Origin: Halioglobus sp.
GTDB taxonomy: Bacteria > Pseudomonadota > Gammaproteobacteria > Pseudomonadales > Halieaceae
Length of the DNA: 64,000 nucleotides
Direction of reading: 5' to 3'
Assembly: GCA_039979015.1 (NCBI GenBank)
Contig: JBDWAD010000017.1
Span: 195,237-259,236 of the forward strand
Shown here: positions 45,218-53,415 of the stretch, one piece after another
Position numbering within the stretch: position 1 is the stretch's first letter
Layout: each line of letters opens with the position of its first letter
The notes under the pieces: model-generated
The model's database searches: none
What the model was told of the DNA's origin: nothing
The model's input: the letters and a program-made list of their open reading frames with translations, nothing else
Position numbers and translations under genes: made by a program

Positions 45218-45429
45218 GCTCAGCTTTTATCTATGGAGGTCGAGACAAAGTCTGCCTCCCATGGGCGGACCTAGAGTCTGCTGGCTTCAAGAGGTCTGAA
45301 CCGCAAACTCTTTCAGTTACGGCCAAGCCTGCCCTGACGGCTAATCCTGCCTATGTCTACGGTGGGATTGATCGAGAACCTGTTGAGTGGCGCACAGAGA
45401 ACGAGCCGTCAGATTTCTCGATCGAGTAA
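45214..45429 (+). CDS. Hypothetical 71-aa protein with two YGGxD...W repeats, translationally coupled to the CsrA paralog
   Basis: ATGA start/stop overlap. The repeats [14 protein letters not shown] (residues 4-17) and [14 protein letters not shown] (residues 46-59) are conserved at the protein level but diverged at the DNA level. I recognise no family. Confidence 0.55.
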   Translation: MSSAFIYGGRDKVCLPWADLESAGFKRSEPQTLSVTAKPALTANPAYVYGGIDREPVEWRTENEPSDFSIE

Positions 45430-45482
45430 GCTGTAGGCCAAGCCGGATTGCTCAAGCCTGGGGATGCTAGCGTCTTCCCGGG

Positions 45483-46664
45483 TCAATCCTGTCTATAGTC
45501 TCTGATTGTTTGAAGAAGCTCGCGTACGGCTTCAATCTCCTTTGTCGATAGCTCGGGTCGCCAGATTTCGAAGATCAACACTATTCTGTCCTGAGCGCTG
45601 TGATTCCAGGCCTCATGCTCAATTGAGTCGTCGAAAATGATGAGCTCCCCTTCAACCCAGTCGCGACTCTCGTTACCTACACGCAGCTGCCCGCAATTTT
45701 CGGGCACTATTAGGGGCAGGTGACATATTAGGCGAGTGTTAAAAAATCCATGGTGCGCTGGAATACTGGTGCCCGCCTTCAACCGCGAGAATAAAACGTT
45801 TGGCGAGCCGCCAGGAATTGTCGCCAGCGGCAATTGCCTGAGTAAGGCTATTGTCTGAGAAAACATCTCCTCAATTGACTCGTTAAGCTTGCCGTCTTTC
45901 CAGAGGTAAAGTGCCCCCCAGCTCTCGTTGCCCCAAATTTTTCCTGAATTGACTCTAGGTAAAGCTTGCGTTTCCTGTAGGTAGGGCTCGAACTCAATGC
46001 CATGGATTATAGACTGCTGCAATTCTTGCTTGATCGTAGCTGTTTTCGCTTGGAGCGCTTTGGTCCACTTAAACTGACTGGGTTCAAAGAACTGAATGTG
46101 GGGAAGCTCCGGGAAAAAGAACTTTGATGGCTGCTGGGGATAAAACTGTTTTTTTCCTAAGCTGATGGATAGCGCCTGACCGAAACGAGGGCTTATTTGG
46201 TTACCATCCAGTTTCTTCGCTACAAGTTCTCGTTCTAGAAAGTCCAGTTGCCTTTCAGCGACTTCCTTACAGCGTTGTTCTGCACGTGCAGACTGGGCTG
46301 CTAGATCAGGAGGCACAGACTCCATACTTTGAATAACTTGAAGCAGCGATTGGTAGAAAATCGCAGCGCTATCCATTTCCGCGCAGTGCCAAAGGTGGTC
46401 TGCTTTGAATAACAGAGCCTGAGGGCTGCGTGGTTCGATTAATAGTGCGCGATTGACCGCGTCCAGGGCCCCATCTTGGTCTTTACAGTTTCCACACGCA
46501 TATGCCAGCCCCATCCAAAGTTGAACGTTCTTGCGAGCTGCATCAAGGAGGGGATCCTCGCTAAGAAGGAGTGCTTGGAATCCCTGGCGCGCGAGTTCAT
46601 GTTGCCCGCTTTGTAGAGCTTTCACGGCATTGTTTACCCGCTCTTGCAGTGCCTGCCTAGTCAA
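45483..46664 (-). CDS. TPR-repeat + aspartyl/asparaginyl beta-hydroxylase (2OG/Fe(II) oxygenase, PF05118-like) protein
   Basis: 393 aa, TTG start with GGAG 7 nt upstream. The N-terminal half has TPR-like helices. The C-terminal half carries ...LKAGTSIPAHHGFFNTRLICHLPLIVP...IIFDDSIEHEAWNHS... Confidence 0.82.
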   Translation of the reverse strand: MTRQALQERVNNAVKALQSGQHELARQGFQALLLSEDPLLDAARKNVQLWMGLAYACGNCKDQDGALDAVNRALLIEPRSPQALLFKADHLWHCAEMDSAAIFYQSLLQVIQSMESVPPDLAAQSARAEQRCKEVAERQLDFLERELVAKKLDGNQISPRFGQALSISLGKKQFYPQQPSKFFFPELPHIQFFEPSQFKWTKALQAKTATIKQELQQSIIHGIEFEPYLQETQALPRVNSGKIWGNESWGALYLWKDGKLNESIEEMFSQTIALLRQLPLATIPGGSPNVLFSRLKAGTSIPAHHGFFNTRLICHLPLIVPENCGQLRVGNESRDWVEGELIIFDDSIEHEAWNHSAQDRIVLIFEIWRPELSTKEIEAVRELLQTIRDYRQD

Positions 46665-46989
46665 GCCCGTACTCCATATATTGAATAGACCTTTGTGAGA
46701 ATTTGCGAATGTGCGCTACAGCAAGCATAGCTAGATTTTAGTCATCGGAAAACACTAATAGATGACGAATTCATACGAACAGCTGACACTATGATCGAAC
46801 TTCGGTCGAGCCTTACTTGTTTTGACCGAGTGGCGGTCTTTTTAGTGGCTGGTCTTAAGCCACTGTTACTTCGTGATTAGAATGGCTTGTCGCAACAGAG
46901 GGCGCTGTCCGGGCCCAATAGTCGTGGTATTCCAGCTTTCAGATTGCTAGATTACTAAAGACAGATTTCGAAGACACCGAGAGTGCAAG

Positions 46990-48273
46990 ATGACCCACAG
47001 CAGCCAATTGCCAGGACTGAAACTCACGGATCACCAATTTGAGCTTCCACTGCGTTATGAGCAACCTGAAGGTCGCCAAATTTCCGTTTATGCCCGAGAG
47101 GTTTGCGCGGTCGAGAGTGTATCAGAGGACCTTCCCTGGCTTGTTTTCCTGCAGGGTGGTCCTGGCTCGGGTGCTCCTCGGCCCATGGGCCGAGGTGGCT
47201 GGATGGGTGAGGCCCTGAAGCGATACCGTCTGCTACTGCTAGATCAACGCGGAACAGCAAGAAGCTCGAGAATAGACGCAACCACTCTAGAGCAGGAAGG
47301 CAGCCCGGAGGCACAGGCAGAATATTTGTCTTGCTTCAGGGCAGATTCGATCGTGCGTGATGCCGAAGCCATCAGAACGCGCCTTGCACGCGGAGCTCAA
47401 TGGACGATTTTGGGGCAGAGCTTCGGCGGATTCTGTGCTTTGAATTACCTGTCGGAATATCCCGAGGGTCTAGCAGCCGTCATGATTACTGGTGGCGTGC
47501 CGCCAATCGGTGTAGAAATTGACGAGGTTTATCGAGCTACGTATAAACGTGTTCTGCAACGCAACCGTCGCTACTATGAACGCTATCCCGAGGATGCTCA
47601 TCGCGTTCGCGAATTATCACGCTATCTGGCGCAAAATGATGTGCGGCTTCCAGGAGGAGCAAGGTTGACTCCTTATGTCCTGCAGCTTTTGGGGCTGGAA
47701 TTTGGCTTTTCAGATGGATTTGAAGCAATTCATTACCTACTTGAAGAGGCCTTTGTCGACACACCTGATGGCCCAGTGCCTTCTTACAACCTGCTGCACG
47801 GCATGGCGAATATCCTACCTTATGAAACAAACCCCATTTTTTCGCTGTTGCATGAAGCTCTTTACTGCGAAGGGAGTGCCTCAAACTGGTCTGCCGCTAG
47901 AGTGCGCAAAGAGTATTCCGAGTTTGACGCGGATGACACCGTACTGTTTTCCGGTGAAATGATTTTCCCCTGGATGTTTGACGTATTCCCTCGTTTGGCC
48001 CCTTTGAAGCCTGCCGCTGAATTGCTCGCCGCGCGAAAGAACTGGCCTGCCCTGTATGATCAAAAAAAGCTGTCTCAAAACAAGGTGCCTATTGCAGCGG
48101 CGGTCTTTGCTGATGACATGTATGTAGAACGAACGTTTTCTGAAGCTGTCGCGGAGCGCGTGCCAAATATGCGTATCTTTTTGACGAACGAATGGGATCA
48201 CAATGCACTTCGGGCGGATACCAAAGCTGTCGTTTTTAAACATCTTCAGCGTATTCTGGATGGGCAGACTTAG
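46990..48273 (+). CDS. Alpha/beta-hydrolase, proline iminopeptidase (S33) family
   Basis: 427 aa with the oxyanion motif FLQGGPGSG and the nucleophile elbow GQSFGG. Confidence 0.82.
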   Translation: MTHSSQLPGLKLTDHQFELPLRYEQPEGRQISVYAREVCAVESVSEDLPWLVFLQGGPGSGAPRPMGRGGWMGEALKRYRLLLLDQRGTARSSRIDATTLEQEGSPEAQAEYLSCFRADSIVRDAEAIRTRLARGAQWTILGQSFGGFCALNYLSEYPEGLAAVMITGGVPPIGVEIDEVYRATYKRVLQRNRRYYERYPEDAHRVRELSRYLAQNDVRLPGGARLTPYVLQLLGLEFGFSDGFEAIHYLLEEAFVDTPDGPVPSYNLLHGMANILPYETNPIFSLLHEALYCEGSASNWSAARVRKEYSEFDADDTVLFSGEMIFPWMFDVFPRLAPLKPAAELLAARKNWPALYDQKKLSQNKVPIAAAVFADDMYVERTFSEAVAERVPNMRIFLTNEWDHNALRADTKAVVFKHLQRILDGQT

Positions 48274-48276
48274 GTA

Positions 48277-49824
48277 ATGAACGACAAACAAATAGTCAGC
48301 GACCATGGCCCTGACTCCATCACGGTCAAGGACCTGGAGCAGTTGGGTATATTTGCTGCACTGGGCAGCCTCGGCTACGTGTTTTGGGTTTGCGGCGGTA
48401 TGGAAGTGGTCGAGCGGTTGGCGTATTACGGGGTGCGCCAGGTGAGTGGTCTATATGCCACTGACGCTGTGTCTCGTGGCGGTCTGGGCCTTAGGGAAAG
48501 TGACCTAGGCATTATATTCGCGATTTGGGCAGTTACCCAGACGTTTGTACCCGTTTTTACTGGCGCCATTTCTGATCGAGTCGGATACAAGCAAACGATA
48601 TTTGTGGCGACTGTTTTGAAAATCATCGGCTACCTGGTAATGGCCTGGTATGCGACATTTTGGGGCTTTCTCTGTGGTGCCGTCATTTTGGCAATTGGCA
48701 CGGGAGTGTTCAAGCCAGGAATACAGGCCACTATTGTCAAGGCGACCAATCGACGCAATAGTTCAATGGCGTGGGGGGCCTTTTACCAGACAGTAAACAT
48801 CGGCGCGTTTCTTGGCCCCGTAGTCGCAGCACAAATGCGTCAGCTTGCCTGGGAGAATGTGTTTTATGCCTGTGCGGCCATTATTTCTATTAATTTCCTG
48901 CTTTTGCTGATTTACAAAGAGCCTGGAAAAGAAGAACGTCTGGCCCGCCGGGAGGCTCAGCGCGATGGCAGCGAGCAGAGGCTGTCCCTGGTTGCAGAGA
49001 GCTTGCGAGAGTTAAGAAGCCCTATTTTGCTGTGGTATGTAGCACTCATCAGTGGTTTTTATTTCATGCTTTATATGATTTGGGATGTCGGGCCACTGTA
49101 TTTTCGCGATTGGGTGGATACGCGACCTCTGGTAGAAGCACTGTTTGGCTCGGAAGGAACAGATAATAAGTTCTGGATTTTTTTCCTTGGCTTATCTAAA
49201 GACGGTCAAGTAATGCTGCCTGAAGGGCTCATCAACCTCAACGCGATGTTAATTATGTTCACCTGTTTTTTGATCGCCGGTGTCTCTGCTCGACTTAAGG
49301 CTGTGAACTCAATGGCTATAGGGAGCTTTCTCGCTTCTAGCGCATTGATTGTATTTGGCGGTTGGACTGGGGTTTGGTTTGTTGTCATGGGTATCGTTCT
49401 TTTTTCAATTGGGGAAATGTTATCCGCCCCCAAAAGCAGTGAATATCTTGGCAACATTGCCCCCGCAGACAAAAAAGCGATGTTTCTGGGTTTTTCACAA
49501 ATTCCACTCGGAATAGGCTGGTCGCTCGAAAGTTATTTGGGGCCGACTTTGTACGGCAAGTTTGCTTCAAAAGAACAGCTCTCCAGGCCGCTATTGGGCG
49601 AGCTTGGTATGAGCGAAGTGCAAATTCGGGGAATACCCAATGGCGAGGCCTTCGATACGCTGGTACGTTTGAGTGGGCAGGCGCCCGAAGTGATTACTGC
49701 CCAGATATACATGGCGAATAACGTAGGGGCTATTTGGTATCTAATGGCCTCAGCGGGAATGATCACGGCTTTCGGGTTGTACGTATATGGTCGTTGGACG
49801 TATCGTTTGATTAGTCCGACATGA
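48277..49824 (+). CDS. MFS transporter of the POT/PTR2 (proton-dependent oligopeptide transporter) family
   Basis: 515 aa polytopic protein. EVVERLAYYG matches the POT ExxER(F)xYYG signature. It starts 3 nt after the iminopeptidase stop. Confidence 0.8.
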   Translation: MNDKQIVSDHGPDSITVKDLEQLGIFAALGSLGYVFWVCGGMEVVERLAYYGVRQVSGLYATDAVSRGGLGLRESDLGIIFAIWAVTQTFVPVFTGAISDRVGYKQTIFVATVLKIIGYLVMAWYATFWGFLCGAVILAIGTGVFKPGIQATIVKATNRRNSSMAWGAFYQTVNIGAFLGPVVAAQMRQLAWENVFYACAAIISINFLLLLIYKEPGKEERLARREAQRDGSEQRLSLVAESLRELRSPILLWYVALISGFYFMLYMIWDVGPLYFRDWVDTRPLVEALFGSEGTDNKFWIFFLGLSKDGQVMLPEGLINLNAMLIMFTCFLIAGVSARLKAVNSMAIGSFLASSALIVFGGWTGVWFVVMGIVLFSIGEMLSAPKSSEYLGNIAPADKKAMFLGFSQIPLGIGWSLESYLGPTLYGKFASKEQLSRPLLGELGMSEVQIRGIPNGEAFDTLVRLSGQAPEVITAQIYMANNVGAIWYLMASAGMITAFGLYVYGRWTYRLISPT

Positions 49825-49885
49825 AGGCAAGGCGACCATTAATGGGCTGTGGCTAGAGCGTGATTAGATCACCCAGAAAGGCTCT

Positions 49886-50110
49886 TTAGTTTTCATTATT
49901 TTCGTACGTTAAGCGTCTCAGCATCCCCTCCAGCCCATTGAGTTTCACTTCATACATAAGTGCCAGCTGAGACCCCAGCTTGGTCTGGGGAAAGCCTTTG
50001 CTGTGGTACCACACCAGATAGGGCTCGGGCAGATCAAGCAGCGATCTGCCCTTGTATTTGCCATAGGGCATTATCTGATTGATGGCATCTAACAAGTCCT
50101 TGTTATTCAT
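49886..50110 (-). CDS. DUF3820-family small protein
   Basis: MNNKDLLDAINQIMPYGKYKGRSLLDLPEPYLVWYHSKGFPQTKLGSQLALMYEVKLNGLE shows the DUF3820 pattern (F/MPFGKYKG..L.DLP..YL.W). The ORF-track start at 50152 adds 14 unlikely residues. Confidence 0.75.
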   Translation of the reverse strand: MNNKDLLDAINQIMPYGKYKGRSLLDLPEPYLVWYHSKGFPQTKLGSQLALMYEVKLNGLEGMLRRLTYENNEN

Positions 50111-50231
50111 TCGGACTGCAAGCCCCTCGACTGAGTCATTCCGATGTCGCAAGTGAGATTCAATACGCGCTCAATGCAGTACAGTTTGTGTGTTTTATCG
50201 CTATGGATTAAAAATGACCTCTGTTCCGATT

Positions 50232-51932
50232 TTACCGTAGAATTTCCGGTAGTGGGTTTTTGGGCGGCAATGCCTCGGGTAGACGCTTTCTTGGCACCAT
50301 ATCGTCACTGTTGGCCGCGTGGTACACAGCCGTTGCCATTACAGCCGCTGCTTGCATCAAATCCCCTGGTATCAGATGGTCTACGTGATCCACGTTGCTA
50401 TGATGAGTATTCACATAGTAATCCAGGGGATCTTGCACAAAAGAAAATCCGGGTAAACCCACGGCATCAAAAGACAAATGGTCGGTGCCGGTGGTATTGG
50501 TTATGGTGAACATGTCGACGCCCTGATCAGCGAAAGGGGCCAGCCAACCCTCCAGGAGAGGGCGTGCCATATCGTTTTGTTGTAGATACACACCGCGAAT
50601 TTTTCCACCACCACCGTCCAGATTGAAATAAACAGAGAGCTTCTCATGCTCGGGTTTCAGTTTCATTGAAACCGGGTCGGCGAAGTGGTTGAGTACGTAC
50701 CCCCGGGAGCCACAAAAACAGGTTTCTTCCTCACCCCAAAGCGCTGCCCGGACAGTGCGCTTCATGGGAAGATTCAATTTTTTTAGTATTCGCATTGCTT
50801 CCATGACTACTGCGCTGCCAGCAGCATTGTCGGTAGCCCCTGTGGCGCCGTGCCATGAGTCAAAATGCGCCCCCATCATCACTATTTCATTCCGGCGGCC
50901 GCCGCCCGGTAGCTCAGCAATGATATTCAGACCATCGGCATCTTCATAGATTTCCGCATCTACATCGACTTCCACAGTCACCGGGACTTCGCGTTTAAGC
51001 AGTCGGTAAATGCGATGATAGTGCTCCGGCATGAGTGCAACCGAAGGTGGAGGTAAAGCATCGCCTGAATATGGCGAGCCATAGTCACTGTGCATGATGA
51101 CACCTGCGACGTTAGCCCCGCCCGATACAAGAACAGCGCTTACGCCTTCCTCAACCAGAAACTCACCCATGCGAGACATAATACGAGCTTCGAGGCGCCA
51201 GCGGTCAGTGGCGAACTCAATCGGAATAATATTCCAAACCTGCGAGCTCTCTTCTTTATCAATGGGATAGGCCAGCATTGGCCATTCCAGAGTGGGAACC
51301 GGGCCTGGCTTAAGGGGCATGTCATACTCAGTGGCAACGCCAGAGGCGATTTCCTCTTCGCCAAGGCGGTAGATTACGGGTTCCTGTGGCACCCTGAACG
51401 GGAAAGGGTGGTCGAGCATTACGATTTTCCCTCTTAGCTGACCACGATACTTGTCCTTCCAGCGTTCAATCTGGTGTGCGTTCTCTTCGATATCGCCGTT
51501 CACAGTGGCATTGCTCTGGTGCTCCCAGAGCGGTGCGAAAACAACATTGCCCGATACCGGCCCATTGGTCCCGGGGGCGAAGTCAGCGGGATAAGCAGTC
51601 AGGGTAGTGTCCTGTGGCGATTTCATTTGTACGTGCACCCTGGACCAGTCCCAGCCGCGCCCAAATTTCCCCCAGGTTTCCACGTCGACTTCTTCAATGC
51701 CGGCTTCCTTGAAGGCCGCAACCGCTTTATCGGCGGCCTGTCGGTAGCTCGGCGAGCCCGCCATGCGAGATCCATGTTGATCTGCGATAAGGTGTATATA
51801 GTCCATAACCTGAGAATTAAAATAAGCTTCCTGCTTTATCAGATGCACTGCTTTGAGGTCCGCATTTCCGGCTTGAACGAAGCCTGCAAATAGCATTGCG
51901 ACCAGGGCAGATGATCTAGAGAGTAGCTTCAT
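50232..51932 (-). CDS. Secreted M28-family aminopeptidase with PA-like insert
   Basis: 566 aa with a signal peptide (MKLLSRSSALVAMLFAGFVQAGNA) and M28 metal-ligand context ...MMGAHFDSWHGATGATDNAAGSAVVMEAMRIL...WGEEE... Confidence 0.85.
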   Translation of the reverse strand: MKLLSRSSALVAMLFAGFVQAGNADLKAVHLIKQEAYFNSQVMDYIHLIADQHGSRMAGSPSYRQAADKAVAAFKEAGIEEVDVETWGKFGRGWDWSRVHVQMKSPQDTTLTAYPADFAPGTNGPVSGNVVFAPLWEHQSNATVNGDIEENAHQIERWKDKYRGQLRGKIVMLDHPFPFRVPQEPVIYRLGEEEIASGVATEYDMPLKPGPVPTLEWPMLAYPIDKEESSQVWNIIPIEFATDRWRLEARIMSRMGEFLVEEGVSAVLVSGGANVAGVIMHSDYGSPYSGDALPPPSVALMPEHYHRIYRLLKREVPVTVEVDVDAEIYEDADGLNIIAELPGGGRRNEIVMMGAHFDSWHGATGATDNAAGSAVVMEAMRILKKLNLPMKRTVRAALWGEEETCFCGSRGYVLNHFADPVSMKLKPEHEKLSVYFNLDGGGGKIRGVYLQQNDMARPLLEGWLAPFADQGVDMFTITNTTGTDHLSFDAVGLPGFSFVQDPLDYYVNTHHSNVDHVDHLIPGDLMQAAAVMATAVYHAANSDDMVPRKRLPEALPPKNPLPEILR

Positions 51933-52127
51933 TTGTGTCTCAGTTTGTTTTCCGCGGCGGGAAATTTTATCGCATCCTATATGGCTTATAAAGTACGAGA
52001 CTGACGGATTGGCCGGTGCGCAAAGGCGATTAGTGATTTTTTGAGCAGTGCTGGCAGTTTTTTATCGGTGAATACATAAGCTCGCGTACACTTGCGTACG
52101 TCTTGCAACTGCTCCAAGGGCACTATT

Positions 52128-52604
52128 GTGGAAAAAATCAGTATTTTTGTGGATGTGCAGAATATCTATTACACCTGCCGCCAAACCTACGGGCGCAATT
52201 TCGACTACAACGCCTTTTGGGCTAAGGTAACGCGGGATCGCGAACTGCTCGGCGCCTATGCTTATGCGACGGACCGGGGAGACGCCAAGCAAATGCAGTT
52301 TCAGGGCATATTGCACGCCATAGGGTTTACCGTGAAACTCAAACCGGTGCTAAAGCGGCGCGACGGCAGTACCAAGGCGGACTGGGACATAGGTATTGCA
52401 CTGGATGTCTATGAGGCGGCCCCCCAATGCGACACGATCGTGCTGCTAACGGGTGATGGCGACTTTGGGTTGTTGCTAGATCGCATAAATCGTCGCTTTA
52501 ATACCAACAGCGAGGTTTATGGAGTGCCGGCACTCACATCGGACATCCTTATCGCCGAAGCCAGCAAATTTATTCCTATCGATCAAAGCTTATTGATGAA
52601 ATAG
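52128..52604 (+). CDS. NYN-domain (LabA/DUF88-like, PIN-fold) protein
   Basis: EKISIFVDVQNIYYTCRQ...VLLTGDGDFGLLLDRI are NYN acidic motifs. GTG 52128 has AAGGG 7 nt upstream. The ORF-track TTG at 52092 is the alternative start. Confidence 0.8.
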   Translation: MEKISIFVDVQNIYYTCRQTYGRNFDYNAFWAKVTRDRELLGAYAYATDRGDAKQMQFQGILHAIGFTVKLKPVLKRRDGSTKADWDIGIALDVYEAAPQCDTIVLLTGDGDFGLLLDRINRRFNTNSEVYGVPALTSDILIAEASKFIPIDQSLLMK

Positions 52605-52615
52605 TCTTGCTACGG

Positions 52616-53155
52616 TCACAGTAGAAGTAAGGTAAATGCGACGGTGCCCGCAGCCACGGTTAGCAGCGTGTTGCGACGAAGTCGGGCCGCAGACACACCT
52701 AGCCACAGGCCACTGAGAATGATGAATAGAAGACCCACAGCAAAAGCTGTTTGAAAGGTCTTGAACATGGACGGGCCGTGCCCCTTGTGCAACTCCATCA
52801 TTCGGTTCTGGAGACTGGGCCTTGCATGAATGACTTCTAGGCCCGTCGGCGATAACTTGATGATGTAGTGCTCTCGTGAAGTAGGGCGTGTATACAAGGT
52901 GCTTCCTTTCACTTTGATATATTCAAAGTGATAAGACTTCACGCCTGCGTCTGCAAGTAAAGCCGCAACATCTGAGTGCAGTGTTGCCGATTCAGGATTG
53001 ATCGTGTTTTTTTCGCTACTGTAGACTTTCTCTTGCTCGACCGACCCCTTGACGCCCAGGAGATACAGACCGCCAGTGATGGCGACAAGCAACACTGCTG
53101 GGGCAAAAAAAGCGGCCACATACATGTGCAGGGTAATCATTGTCTTACGCATCAT
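52616..53155 (-). CDS. PepSY-associated-TM-like membrane protein
   Basis: 179 aa. It has an N-terminal TM segment with an LHMYVAAFF motif, a periplasmic ~100-aa domain, then ELHKGHG...FK and a C-terminal TM pair. Confidence 0.6.
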   Translation of the reverse strand: MMRKTMITLHMYVAAFFAPAVLLVAITGGLYLLGVKGSVEQEKVYSSEKNTINPESATLHSDVAALLADAGVKSYHFEYIKVKGSTLYTRPTSREHYIIKLSPTGLEVIHARPSLQNRMMELHKGHGPSMFKTFQTAFAVGLLFIILSGLWLGVSAARLRRNTLLTVAAGTVAFTLLLL

Positions 53156-53415
53156 AAGCTCTCAGTTAGGGAAAAGGTGTTAGTAAAGTGCTGTCAGCTC
53201 GGCAAGCTCAGAACTCGGTGGCTGTCATTATCGATCGCTGCACCTCTAAGTCGATACCCGCTATCAGGTGTCGACTTAGCGCAGATTGCTTGTTAACAAA
53301 ATGGGCATCTGTAACAATCAACGCTAGTAATCGTATTGTCTTTCCTTAGTTAACATAGGTCAATTCCTGTCCGATTTTGCGTAGGGCGGTCGCCCAACCA
53401 CAATAGCATCTTTCA

